A DNA stretch of 64,000 nucleotides from IMG/VR virus record IMGVR_UViG_3300044701_001468. One strand, given 5' to 3'. The notes beneath the pieces are model-generated. The model was not told the origin of the DNA and did not search any database. It was given only the letters and a program-made list of their open reading frames with translations. Source of the stretch: a virus. Made by a program: the position numbers and the translations under genes. Below are positions 15,463 to 24,578 of this stretch, piece by piece. Position 1 is the stretch's first letter; each line of letters starts with the position of its first letter.

Positions 15463-16171
15463 TGTTTTTATATAAAAATGCAAATGGGCATTTAGATTCT
15501 TCTTGATATTTAAATATATGTTTCTTTGATAAATTACGAATGAAATTTTTTATAGAAGTTCTTTTCATTACTTGTTTTATCATTTCTCTGGTTGGTTCTT
15601 TCTTAATGAACACCACTCTATCATTTAGGTTCTTTGTATAGAAACAAATTTGGTACAAAGGATCTCCTCTCTTGATCACAATAGGTTTTGTTTTATCAAC
15701 AACATCCATAGCAAAACTAGCAGGTCTAGACCAAGCAGAAAGATTCCACCAACCACCCAAAGAAACGAAATTATTTTTAACAGAAGTTAATGGATGTGGT
15801 CTAAATTCAATCCAAACATTTTTGTGATCAGTCCAAAAAAGATATCTCGGTATATTGAATTGAATAGTATCTGTATTTGAATTGTGGCAGATATAATCTT
15901 GCAGCAATTGTTGAGGAAGAGTTCTAGAAGCAATTTTATTATCCACCACTTCCAGATTGATATCTACAGGGCAATTTATATTGTAGAGTCTGGATGCTTT
16001 ATGAGACCACGCAGGGCAGTCATAATAAATCATTCCTTGTGGATGAGATTGTTTTTCTATGCCGATAACACTTTCTGGTGGCATACACATTTCATCCAAA
16101 TCAAACGGACAATTTGGATTATCATACCACTCTCCAACATATTGATGATAGTATATTTTAATTAAACTCAT
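15455..16171 (-). CDS. Hypothetical protein in tailoring cassette (possible dUTPase-like fold)
   Basis: 238 aa; IKRGDPLYQI segment. Confidence 0.6.
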   Translation of the reverse strand: MSLIKIYYHQYVGEWYDNPNCPFDLDEMCMPPESVIGIEKQSHPQGMIYYDCPAWSHKASRLYNINCPVDINLEVVDNKIASRTLPQQLLQDYICHNSNTDTIQFNIPRYLFWTDHKNVWIEFRPHPLTSVKNNFVSLGGWWNLSAWSRPASFAMDVVDKTKPIVIKRGDPLYQICFYTKNLNDRVVFIKKEPTREMIKQVMKRTSIKNFIRNLSKKHIFKYQEESKCPFAFLYKNNG

Positions 16172-17409
16172 GTTATGTAATAGTAATTTTCTTGAGTGCC
16201 TTGTTTAGTATAGTTATACCCAAAAGCTTCATCAATAAAATAGATTGATTGTGGATCAAACACTCCCATCTTCAAAGTTTCTCTTTCCTGAGGAGACATT
16301 AGATACATAAACAAATTATTGTTGGATGCAGTTCTATATTCTCTAAGTCTATCAAAAAGATTTTCCATATTTTTAACAGAACTGACATAACGTGAGCATT
16401 TTACCGATGCCATTTTCCAAAATTCAGTATTAAATATTGATCCACCATGATAATGGAAAGCAATAGTTGCCTCGGTAGTTTCTATAATCTGCCTGTAAAA
16501 TAATTCTGCTCTTTCTTCTGTTTCCCTTCCCTGCACATATTCAACACATGCTAAATTCACTGCGTCATAGATTCCAAAAGATAATGCTTGTAAAGGTTCC
16601 ATGAAAGAAATGCGATTACCATTTTTGATAATACGTCCATCTATCATCTTATTGGAAAAGAATGGTTTCCAACTATATTCTCTGATATTTAATTGATCTT
16701 TCGGTGTTTTAAAATGTTCTGATAACCAATCGATACCTTCTTCTTTTGTTGATATCGTATCATTATATAAGTATCCCCATCCTTGTCTAGTAGACAAAGG
16801 AATTCCAAACATCCAACCATTGGGATGGGCATAATGATATGTCCAATCCCAATCGCCTGGTTTATCTATAACATTTATTAAAGCATGATTTACTGGAACA
16901 ACATTGCTTTCTTGACAATCCTCATAATTATCTGGAAACCCTCGACAATCAACTACGTAGTCGAATTCATGAACTACATTGTCTACAATAACATCAACTC
17001 CTTTATCGGTATTAATTAAGTCTTCCACATTTCCTGTAATAGAAGAGAATCTATCCTTCCACAATTTAGGCAATCTAGATAGAACAAAATCCTTTAGGTT
17101 AAATGTATTGAAATGTATTCCATAAGTATTTGATGCAAACGTATGAAATATATCTTCCTTTCTCCAGTTAACAAATTTTACTCCTTGTTTTATGGTAGCA
17201 TCCAATTCATGCTTGTCGGTCGCATAATGAAATCTGGTGCCAGCAAATAACATGAATGGAAATCTAGGAAGAGTGCTTTCTCCAATACCAACAATTGGAG
17301 TTGATGGATCATGTACGGATATCACTTCCCAATATGATGGGAGGTATGTCAACAAATGACACAACGATAAACATCCAGCAGTACCAACTCCAATTACAGC
17401 GATTTTCAC
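16168..17409 (-). CDS. Tryptophan halogenase-like flavoprotein
   Basis: GVGTAG, VGIGEST, ATIKQG, GWMFGIP, SFMEPL. Confidence 0.85.
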   Translation of the reverse strand: MKIAVIGVGTAGCLSLCHLLTYLPSYWEVISVHDPSTPIVGIGESTLPRFPFMLFAGTRFHYATDKHELDATIKQGVKFVNWRKEDIFHTFASNTYGIHFNTFNLKDFVLSRLPKLWKDRFSSITGNVEDLINTDKGVDVIVDNVVHEFDYVVDCRGFPDNYEDCQESNVVPVNHALINVIDKPGDWDWTYHYAHPNGWMFGIPLSTRQGWGYLYNDTISTKEEGIDWLSEHFKTPKDQLNIREYSWKPFFSNKMIDGRIIKNGNRISFMEPLQALSFGIYDAVNLACVEYVQGRETEERAELFYRQIIETTEATIAFHYHGGSIFNTEFWKMASVKCSRYVSSVKNMENLFDRLREYRTASNNNLFMYLMSPQERETLKMGVFDPQSIYFIDEAFGYNYTKQGTQENYYYIT

Positions 17410-17693
17410 GAAGAAATACCATAGTAGCGATAGGGCATTTCATCCGCTCCAGAATTAATTGTGATATTATAATCGGGATCGTAACCACTCATGGTAAATT
17501 TAATAGAATCATCAATAGTTTCTTTAGAAATGTTATACTTATACCTAGAAGAGGTTTGCCAACCTTCGATGGTATTAATAGTTTCTACGATATTACGAAG
17601 CAGATAAGCATCTTCAACCGATGCACCAAGTTTTACTGCCGTGCGTAGAGCATCAACTGCTCTTTCTAATTGATATTTAACTGAGTCATTCAT
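17406..17693 (-). CDS. Conserved hypothetical protein
   Basis: MNDSVKYQLERAVDALR; start reassigned to 17693. Confidence 0.65.
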   Translation of the reverse strand: MNDSVKYQLERAVDALRTAVKLGASVEDAYLLRNIVETINTIEGWQTSSRYKYNISKETIDDSIKFTMSGYDPDYNITINSGADEMPYRYYGISS

Positions 17694-17949
17694 CGTCATC
17701 TTCTCCTTTAATGTAACATGGAACTGTATCTGGATCAAGCCATTTCGTATACTCAAAATCTTCAATAGCAGTCATGAACTGCATCTCATTATCACACAGA
17801 TACATATCACGATATCGACCTGTGTAAGAATCTACTTTTTGAATACGGCAATCAGGTTTGCCATTGATTTCTAAGGTGCCTACTTGAACGTAACGATATG
17901 GGAAACGATCAAGAATGGTCTTCACGCGGCTTTGGTTTGTTACACTCAT
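17686..17949 (-). CDS. Conserved cyanophage hypothetical protein
   Basis: RFPYRYVQVG...NGKPDCRIQK...YLCDNEMQ. Confidence 0.75.
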   Translation of the reverse strand: MSVTNQSRVKTILDRFPYRYVQVGTLEINGKPDCRIQKVDSYTGRYRDMYLCDNEMQFMTAIEDFEYTKWLDPDTVPCYIKGEDDDE

Positions 17950-18041
17950 TGCAGTAGTAAGAGAATCCTGTACGAAAGTATTTTACCACTTGGTAGTGGT
18001 CCTTGTCAAGGGGATATTGAGTATTACATTTAGAGCATACT

Positions 18042-18689
18042 CTAGTTTTGTATTCTGAATCCATATTTACCACTAGTAATATAATTTGGAATAAAATTCA
18101 TAGAAAGACTCATTCTATTATCTGCGGGATTAATATTATAACCATGACTCAAGTGAGATTCCCAAAGAATTAGTTTGCCAGATTCTGGAAGTACAACCGA
18201 ATCACTATTATATTTTGTTGGAATATTTTTCTCAAGTTGAATTACTGGTTGATTACCAGACTCAATTGATTTTGGATTTCTAAACAATAACGGAGAATGT
18301 ACATTCTCTTCAAAGTTTATATAATAAGTTCCAGAAATAAAAGAATTTGCATGATAATGTGGGTATTGAAACCCTCCACTTTCACAACAATTTATCCAAC
18401 TATCAGTCACTATTATATCATCTAATATCTTATATCCCAAAATATCAATCACATATTCTTTTGCACACGAGACACACCATTCCATAAAAGGTAAAAATTC
18501 CTCTCTGTATAAAATGGATTCTCCAATATCATTCCCATAATGTTTTAAATTATTGGAATGAATATTTTTTGTTTCATTAAGTTTAGTAGTAACATCAAAA
18601 GATATTCGTTTCACTTCTTCATGAAAATCACATTCAAAAAAAGCTATTGGGTTTGGAAGAATGTCAATTATATTAGTTAACATAATCAA
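18042..18689 (-). CDS. 2OG-Fe(II) oxygenase (TIGR02466-like)
   Basis: SWIN...HYHANSFISGTYY...WESHLSH...RMSLSMN. Confidence 0.85.
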   Translation of the reverse strand: MIMLTNIIDILPNPIAFFECDFHEEVKRISFDVTTKLNETKNIHSNNLKHYGNDIGESILYREEFLPFMEWCVSCAKEYVIDILGYKILDDIIVTDSWINCCESGGFQYPHYHANSFISGTYYINFEENVHSPLLFRNPKSIESGNQPVIQLEKNIPTKYNSDSVVLPESGKLILWESHLSHGYNINPADNRMSLSMNFIPNYITSGKYGFRIQN

Positions 18690-19461
18690 ATATATCGTTA
18701 AATTGTTTATAATAATTTATAGATTTGGTTGTCAAATAATCCTCTGGATTTTTATAATCCCGTTTTAATGTAGATCTTATGCTATGTAAATTTTTTATTT
18801 CCCAATATTTATCATTATCATTAGTATCACTTTTTATATGATTAACGTCATGTGTATAGAATGATTCTGAAAGATAATCATATATTTTAGTCATCGTTTC
18901 TTCAGGTTGGTCAATTAAATTATTATAAGAAATATACAAAATATTTTTTTTATCTATAGATGTTTTAAACATTTCATATGATTCTCCTACTACTCCTTCT
19001 TTCCATAAAAATTTAGATCTATTTTCATTCGTGACTGGTATTTTTCTTTTGAATAATTCTTGGTCAACAAAATTATTTTTATCTTTTTCCAACAAGTATA
19101 AAAAAGAAGTTATTATTTCTTCGACTGGTCTGTATGTACAAATAATTTTAGGAGAAGGATTTATAACTTCTTTGATTTGAGGAATATTTGATATCCATCC
19201 TCGCCATTTATCTATAATAATTGGGCGATCAATATGATTATAATAAGATTCTACAACCGATTTGAAAATATTTTTTAATTGAGCACCATCAATAGTTTTA
19301 TATCTTTGAGATATTTCTCCATAAACATAATCTACTCCAGATAAAAAATCCAACAATCCACTAGTAGATGTACAATGTATTTGGGGATTTTGATTTAGAA
19401 GTGACGACAATAAAGTAGTTCCTGTTCTCGGTAACCCAGATAAAAAATAAAGTTTACTCAT
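18673..19461 (-). CDS. Sulfotransferase-family protein
   Basis: GLPRTGTTLL PAPS-binding loop, IIDK, YRPVEEIITS. Confidence 0.85.
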   Translation of the reverse strand: MSKLYFLSGLPRTGTTLLSSLLNQNPQIHCTSTSGLLDFLSGVDYVYGEISQRYKTIDGAQLKNIFKSVVESYYNHIDRPIIIDKWRGWISNIPQIKEVINPSPKIICTYRPVEEIITSFLYLLEKDKNNFVDQELFKRKIPVTNENRSKFLWKEGVVGESYEMFKTSIDKKNILYISYNNLIDQPEETMTKIYDYLSESFYTHDVNHIKSDTNDNDKYWEIKNLHSIRSTLKRDYKNPEDYLTTKSINYYKQFNDIFDYVN

Positions 19462-20042
19462 CAATCCCACCACCAACAAAGGTTTGTAAGCGTGTTGAGA
19501 AACTGTTCGTGATAGACCGTGCGACTCGGATTAGGTTTACCATCTTTCATGTCTTGGAGATACTGAATTATACCACGAACCACTGGAGTGTCTTGGAAGT
19601 ATTCGTGCATTCGATAACAATCAAACTTCTCAATGTATTCTACGAAATCATGCATGGGATCCATGTTGCGACGATACCCATAGATGAATACATCTTCATC
19701 TTTGATACCTTCTTTGTTGATGATGTCAAGCTTATAAAACTTTTCACCGTCTTCATTTACTTCTTCTTTTTCTCTGTCAAACTTAAAGTGAAGACCATCG
19801 TAATACTTATCATGTAACTCTTCATCTGGTGCTACACGAACCCTCTCATTCTCTCTCATAATGTATTCCATGCGACCTTTGGCATCCTCGTTATTCAAAC
19901 GAAATACGATGTTGCCGACATAGTAATGTACAGGACCACCATAGAGTTGTGAAGATTCTTTTCTCCTGAATGACAGATGAGTAATCTCAAATCCAGGATC
20001 TTCATATTCAGTTTCAACTAGTCCTTGTGTCAACATAATCAA
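19461..20042 (-). CDS. Conserved phage hypothetical protein
   Basis: 193 aa ORF coupled to the sulfotransferase. Confidence 0.7.
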   Translation of the reverse strand: MIMLTQGLVETEYEDPGFEITHLSFRRKESSQLYGGPVHYYVGNIVFRLNNEDAKGRMEYIMRENERVRVAPDEELHDKYYDGLHFKFDREKEEVNEDGEKFYKLDIINKEGIKDEDVFIYGYRRNMDPMHDFVEYIEKFDCYRMHEYFQDTPVVRGIIQYLQDMKDGKPNPSRTVYHEQFLNTLTNLCWWWD

Positions 20043-20254
20043 TACCTCTCAGGAATCTGGTCATAATCTAACAGATGGTCTTGCTTCTTTTCTTGCTTGC
20101 GAAACTTTTTAAGGTCTTCAAATAATACTTTGATTTTTTTGTATGCTTCATTAGCATCTTCTTTGCCTGCCATTTCAGCAGCAATAATATATTCCACCTT
20201 TTTACCAAAGTCAAATAAGTGATACTCAAAATCTGTTTGATGTTGATAAGACAT
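20039..20254 (-). CDS. Conserved cyanophage hypothetical protein
   Basis: MSYQHQTDFE..; AGGAGG RBS. Confidence 0.7.
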   Translation of the reverse strand: MSYQHQTDFEYHLFDFGKKVEYIIAAEMAGKEDANEAYKKIKVLFEDLKKFRKQEKKQDHLLDYDQIPERY

Positions 20255-20278
20255 TTGACCTCCTTTGTTTATTTTATA

Positions 20279-20349
20279 TAGGGATACTGGGAATTGAACC
20301 CAGACCAACCCGTTATAAGCAGGCCGCTCTACCATTAAGCTATACCCCC
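20279..20349 (-). tRNA. tRNA-Ile(TAT)
   Basis: GCCTG-CTTATAA-CGGGT anticodon arm; CTGGG-TTCAATT-CCCAG T-arm. Confidence 0.85.
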
Positions 20350-20353
20350 TAGG

Positions 20354-20426
20354 TGCTGGTTGCGAGGATCGAACTCGCCTCCCATCGATTATGAGTCGAT
20401 TGCATTCGCCAGATTGCTAAACCAGC
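20354..20426 (-). tRNA. tRNA-Met/Ile2(CAT)
   Basis: ATCGA-CTCATAA-TCGAT; GCTGGTT/AACCAGC acceptor. Confidence 0.9.
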
Positions 20427-20436
20427 ATGTATTAAA

Positions 20437-20509
20437 TGGAGAATAGGAGACTCGAACTCCTGACCTCCTGCGTGCAAAGCAGGCGCTCTACCAACTAAGC
20501 TAATTCCCC
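20437..20509 (-). tRNA. tRNA-Ala(TGC)
   Basis: CCTGC-TTTGCAC-GCAGG; G3:U70 pair. Confidence 0.95.
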
Positions 20510-20656
20510 TTGTATTCGTCCATAGTTTTCGTATGGCATCAGAAGAATATCACCACCATCAGAAGTAGTAATAATAAAACTTTCTTTGTTTAGCATCACA
20601 TTTTCCATGATTTCATCAAAGTCGTGGCAAAAAGTTTCTTCTGTAATAGTTTTCAT
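20495..20656 (-). CDS. Phd/YefM-like antitoxin
   Basis: MKTITEETFCHDFDEIMENV...FIITTSDGGDILLMPYENY follows the YefM pattern. Confidence 0.7.
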   Translation of the reverse strand: MKTITEETFCHDFDEIMENVMLNKESFIITTSDGGDILLMPYENYGRIQGELA

Positions 20657-20925
20657 ACCATACACTCCATGTCTTTTTCTTCTTGTAGACAACCAATGCT
20701 GGTTAGATATTCAATGGTTTCGGTGCATCCACCCATCAGTTGACCATCAAGTGTAACACGAGGGAAAGTAGAACCTTCACCAAACTCATTATAGAACTGA
20801 CTGCGATCAAAGTCAACATCTAGTTTATACTGAATGTACTTCACATCAAAACTATCAAGAATAACCTTGAGTTTACGACAATATTGACATTGATCTTTGG
20901 TGTAAATAACAAGTTGTGAAATCAT
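20653..20925 (-). CDS. Glutaredoxin (NrdC-like)
   Basis: CQYC, TFPRV, MGGCTET. Confidence 0.9.
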   Translation of the reverse strand: MISQLVIYTKDQCQYCRKLKVILDSFDVKYIQYKLDVDFDRSQFYNEFGEGSTFPRVTLDGQLMGGCTETIEYLTSIGCLQEEKDMECMV

Positions 20926-20945
20926 TAATATCTCCTAAAGAAGAA

Positions 20946-21019
20946 TCGGAATGACAGGATTCGAACCTGCGACATCTCGCTCCCAAAGCGAGTGCTCTAC
21001 CAAACTGAGCTACATTCCG
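20946..21019 (-). tRNA. tRNA-Pro(TGG)
   Basis: CTCGC-TTTGGGA-GCGAG. Confidence 0.95.
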
Positions 21020-21208
21020 TGATGGAGTAAGCGTAATATACCTCAAGGATATAACAGAGGCTTACCCTCTATCTTTGTGGGGATGGTCGGACTTCACCCA
21101 GAAGGCAAAATCCTTAAGACCCTGCCAAACCATCCCCATACGACGCTACGGAAGATACCCGTAGTAGAAGTTGGTCTCCTTCTAGGCTATCTGCCTAACG
21201 AGTACCAA
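21020..21208 (-). ncRNA. Candidate structured RNA(s) between tRNA-Ser and tRNA-Pro
   Basis: 10-bp closing stem TGGGGATGGT/ACCATCCCCA with internal hairpins, plus flanking hairpins; no ORF. Confidence 0.45.
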
Positions 21209-21293
21209 CGGAAGTGGTAGGATTCGAACCCACGATGGCTTTCACCATGCTTGTTTTCAAGACAAGTTCCTTCAACCACTCGGACACACTTCC
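21209..21293 (-). tRNA. tRNA-Ser(TGA)
   Basis: CTTGT-CTTGAAA-ACAAG, long variable arm. Confidence 0.95.
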
Positions 21294-21309
21294 ATTTGTT
21301 GACCTCCAT

Positions 21310-21338
21310 ATTATATAGGAGGTCGGGGGATTTGTCAA
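21310..21338 (-). promoter_or_regulatory. Consensus sigma70 promoter for the tRNA operon
   Basis: TTGACA-17 nt-TATAAT. Confidence 0.9.
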
Positions 21339-21341
21339 CCC

Positions 21342-22382
21342 CTAGAACACTAGAGTCAGTGCTCCGTATCCAACCAATGCAGCAATCAGCATACCAAGAA
21401 CTTTATAGTAAGTTTTGATAGGAGTGCCAAAGTATTGCTGACCAATCAGCAGACACTTGTGCATTGGAGAGATGATGTACCCAGCATACTCCACACAGAG
21501 GAACCATGTCAAGTATCCAGGACCGAATGCCTTAGCAAGAAGAGCAACGATACCAGCATACTTGCTAGAGGATCCCATAGCAAACGCAGCAAGGAAACCA
21601 ACCACAGAGATAATGCCAAGAGCAGCGGAACCTTGAGCTGCAGTCAGTTTCAAATACTCCATGACTGGTTCTTTCAGTTCTCCCATGATGGCAGCAAGAG
21701 CAAGCACCAGAGCAGCAAAACCAGCAAACTTCCACTTGATATAACGACCCCACTTCCAATCATTGCAGATGAATGAATAGTAAGCAGCAAGACCTGTGAA
21801 CCAAACAGAGAAGAGATATGGCATGTCTGGATCACCATAGCATACCAGGAACCACATCGTAGCAACAATAGGCCCCCAACCTTTCAGCAGACGATTCCAA
21901 CTGAAGGTGCGAGTTTCCTCCACAATCTCAACATCAGTCTCCTTGACATACTTGAAGATGAATACACCTGCGAATGCCAAAACGATTGCAAGAGGAACAA
22001 TGGTATAACTCATATAAGTTGTATATGACATACCGAGTGCTGCCATAGGAAGCACAACAGTCTTTTCTAGTGGTGACCACCAGTAATAGTGGTGAGTAGA
22101 AAGATAATCTACGATACCAAACTTAGAACGAGATTGTGCTTTGTCTGAAGCGATGGAATCCAGAAGGGGTGCCGACATAACGACACGCCCTTCAATGGGT
22201 AGAACACCACCAGCTAAAGCAGTAGCAGCAACTACAAGTCTATTTGACTTGAAGATTTTGCGAAGTGCTACGAATACTTCGTTAAGCACTCCGTATTGTT
22301 TTACGAGACCACCGACAATCATGATGCCGATGATGTAGGGGAGAAAAAGTTCTTTCTCCCAAATACCCATTAGTAGATCCAT
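21342..22382 (-). CDS. Polytopic membrane protein, DUF401 / IT-superfamily transporter-like
   Basis: About 9-10 hydrophobic segments; HHYYWWSPL and ISPMHKCL motifs. Confidence 0.7.
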   Translation of the reverse strand: MDLLMGIWEKELFLPYIIGIMIVGGLVKQYGVLNEVFVALRKIFKSNRLVVAATALAGGVLPIEGRVVMSAPLLDSIASDKAQSRSKFGIVDYLSTHHYYWWSPLEKTVVLPMAALGMSYTTYMSYTIVPLAIVLAFAGVFIFKYVKETDVEIVEETRTFSWNRLLKGWGPIVATMWFLVCYGDPDMPYLFSVWFTGLAAYYSFICNDWKWGRYIKWKFAGFAALVLALAAIMGELKEPVMEYLKLTAAQGSAALGIISVVGFLAAFAMGSSSKYAGIVALLAKAFGPGYLTWFLCVEYAGYIISPMHKCLLIGQQYFGTPIKTYYKVLGMLIAALVGYGALTLVF

Positions 22383-22388
22383 ATGTTA

Positions 22389-23891
22389 TCAGAAAGTGAA
22401 TTTAGTTTGGATTACACCACCATAGTTATCCGAAGCGTTCTTGAATCCTTGGTTGTTGGAAACATAGAAGATCGAAGGAGTGATGCTGATATTGTCGCTA
22501 ACCTTGTAACGATAGAAGGTTTCCCACATGATAGCTTTCTGATTATCAGCAAGAGAAGCAGCATTGCCAGGGGCGCCAATAGCGAAACCAGCAGCGTTAC
22601 CCTTGGCGAATACATCGCTCCACTGAAGACCAGCAAACCATGTCTGCGAGTTGGTAGCACCAGTAGGAGTGGTACGACCTAGAGCATTCTTACTCACATC
22701 GGTCCAACCATAAGCACCAGAGATCGAAGGTACGATACCAGACTTCTTAGGTTGCCAGTAAGCATTGATAGCATAGCTGTTAGAGGTTTGACCAGCAGCA
22801 AGAGCACCAGAACCACCATTGATAGCATTGAAGGTACGAACACGAGTGCCTTCAGTGCCATAACGATAACCGAATGCAACGCCATACTGAGGAGCACGAT
22901 AACCGATTTGTGCCAGAGTATTCAGAGCACCAGTCTCATCGAACTGACCCTTGGAACTATCACTACCATTCTGAGCAACATAGTTCACACCAGCAACGAA
23001 ACCACCCTTACCTTTTTTGGTAGGTTGTGCCCATTGAGCACCGAAACCAGAACCAGTTGCTTTGTTATAAACGCCAGGAGCACCAGCAACTTGGAAGAAG
23101 TCAAGAATGTCAGACTTATAAGCAGAAGGAACCCATGCCATCTCTGTGTTACGAACCAGAGCACCAGCAGTCAGGGTCATACCTTTGGTAAGACCAGGGA
23201 AGCTGTAGTACAAACGATCAAGTTGTACGGCGTTTGCATAAGTTTCTGCTTTGTCCAGTTTGAACAGAGACGAAGAAGAACCGAATGGTTGACTGGAGAA
23301 GTTACCAGTACGCAGACGAGTACGAAGCAGATCTTTACCAGTAAACGAAGTGTCAAAGTTCAGACGAAGATCGTAGTTAAATGCAGTATTACCAACATTA
23401 GTATTGTTAGCAAGACGAGCACCTTCTACACCACCAAGAATGAAGTTAACTTCGCCCTTGAGTTTAGTTGTGGTAGAGAACTGAGTTGCTTGGAGTTGAC
23501 CAACTTGAGTTTCCAGTTTGGCAACACGACCACGAATGACAAGAAGTTCATCCGCAAACTCTTTTGAAAGACGTTGGAGTTCGTCAGTCACTTCAGTTAC
23601 ACGATCAAGGCAAGCATTCAGAAGTGCGGCTGCCTCATAACGAGTCATTGCCTTACCACCACCATAAGTGCCGTTAGGATAACCAGCTACGCAACCATAA
23701 CGATCTACGAGATTGGTAAGTGCCTGGTATGCCCAATCCGAAGGTCGGACATCAGACAATTGAGTGACGCTTGTAACCTGCTCAGAAGTTGCATACTGAT
23801 TAACAGCAGCAATATTCAGATCAGCAGCCACAGCAGGAGCAGTGGCGCTGATAGCAGCAGTGGCAAGCATCAAATGCTTAAATGTTTTCAT
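22389..23891 (-). CDS. Cyanobacterial SLH-domain outer-membrane porin (Som / OprB / iron-uptake porin type)
   Basis: Signal peptide; SDVRPSDWAYQAL..RYGCVAGYP..TRYEAAALLNACL SLH; coiled coil; FSTTTKL barrel start; C-terminal Phe. Confidence 0.93.
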   Translation of the reverse strand: MKTFKHLMLATAAISATAPAVAADLNIAAVNQYATSEQVTSVTQLSDVRPSDWAYQALTNLVDRYGCVAGYPNGTYGGGKAMTRYEAAALLNACLDRVTEVTDELQRLSKEFADELLVIRGRVAKLETQVGQLQATQFSTTTKLKGEVNFILGGVEGARLANNTNVGNTAFNYDLRLNFDTSFTGKDLLRTRLRTGNFSSQPFGSSSSLFKLDKAETYANAVQLDRLYYSFPGLTKGMTLTAGALVRNTEMAWVPSAYKSDILDFFQVAGAPGVYNKATGSGFGAQWAQPTKKGKGGFVAGVNYVAQNGSDSSKGQFDETGALNTLAQIGYRAPQYGVAFGYRYGTEGTRVRTFNAINGGSGALAAGQTSNSYAINAYWQPKKSGIVPSISGAYGWTDVSKNALGRTTPTGATNSQTWFAGLQWSDVFAKGNAAGFAIGAPGNAASLADNQKAIMWETFYRYKVSDNISITPSIFYVSNNQGFKNASDNYGGVIQTKFTF

Positions 23892-23938
23892 AAGGTTTTC
23901 TTAAGATTTAACAAAATGTCATGCCCACTTAAGGGCAA

Positions 23939-24026
23939 CGGAAGATGATGGATTCGAACCATCGGAAGGGTTGACCCCTTCGGCGGTTTAGCAAACCGCT
24001 GCTTTAGACCTCTCAGCCAATCTTCC
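23939..24026 (-). tRNA. tRNA-Ser(GCT)
   Basis: GCGGT-TTGCTAA-ACCGC, long variable arm. Confidence 0.95.
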
Positions 24027-24283
24027 TAGCGAATTTCAAACTCCATTTTTCTTGGAATGCGCTTAGTATACTCCATCGGTGTGGGGTTGTCAAGCTTTTT
24101 TTCTTTAGGTTTGCTGACACCATCAATTCCTACGATTAATGATAGGTCATTACCAGTAATTACTGGCATTCCATTCCTATCCAAACGCAAGAATGTTTGA
24201 TTATCACATCCACATGCTTTACTTTTATTTGCTTGGTATACTTCTAACTCAGTTCCACAAGCGTTACATCTGATCTTTGCCAT
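24026..24283 (-). CDS. Zn-ribbon-like hypothetical protein
   Basis: CNAC...CGC motifs. Confidence 0.7.
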   Translation of the reverse strand: MAKIRCNACGTELEVYQANKSKACGCDNQTFLRLDRNGMPVITGNDLSLIVGIDGVSKPKEKKLDNPTPMEYTKRIPRKMEFEIR

Positions 24284-24494
24284 TTTTTTCTTTTAACCAC
24301 TCTGCCATTTCTTTTTGCATTTTCTTTGCTTCTTTATCAAGTTGTCTCTTCATATTTTTTGCCATTCTCCACCGAATAAAGTTAATATGAAGAAGTTTTA
24401 TTCTGAGGTTGATATATTCTGGCACATTTGGATCTTGCCAGATAATATATATCGTCGCACAGAGCACTATTAAAGAGATATAGTATGTATTCAT
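24264..24494 (-). CDS. Small membrane-anchored hypothetical protein
   Basis: MNTYYISLIVLCATIYIIWQD; start reassigned. Confidence 0.6.
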   Translation of the reverse strand: MNTYYISLIVLCATIYIIWQDPNVPEYINLRIKLLHINFIRWRMAKNMKRQLDKEAKKMQKEMAEWLKEKNGKDQM

Positions 24495-24503
24495 AATCTT
24501 ATA

Positions 24504-24575
24504 TGGGAAATGTCGGATTCGAACCAACGACCGTCTGCGTGTAAAGCAGCTGCGCTACCACTGCGCCAATCTCCC
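24504..24575 (-). tRNA. tRNA-Val(TAC)
   Basis: CTGC-TTTACAC-GCAG. Confidence 0.93.
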
Positions 24576-24578
24576 GAG

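Noticed and set aside
21160-21208. tRNA-associated HDV-like (theta) ribozyme after tRNA-Ser
   Set aside because: I could only fold simple hairpins, not the nested double pseudoknot; no hammerhead CTGATGA core seen either
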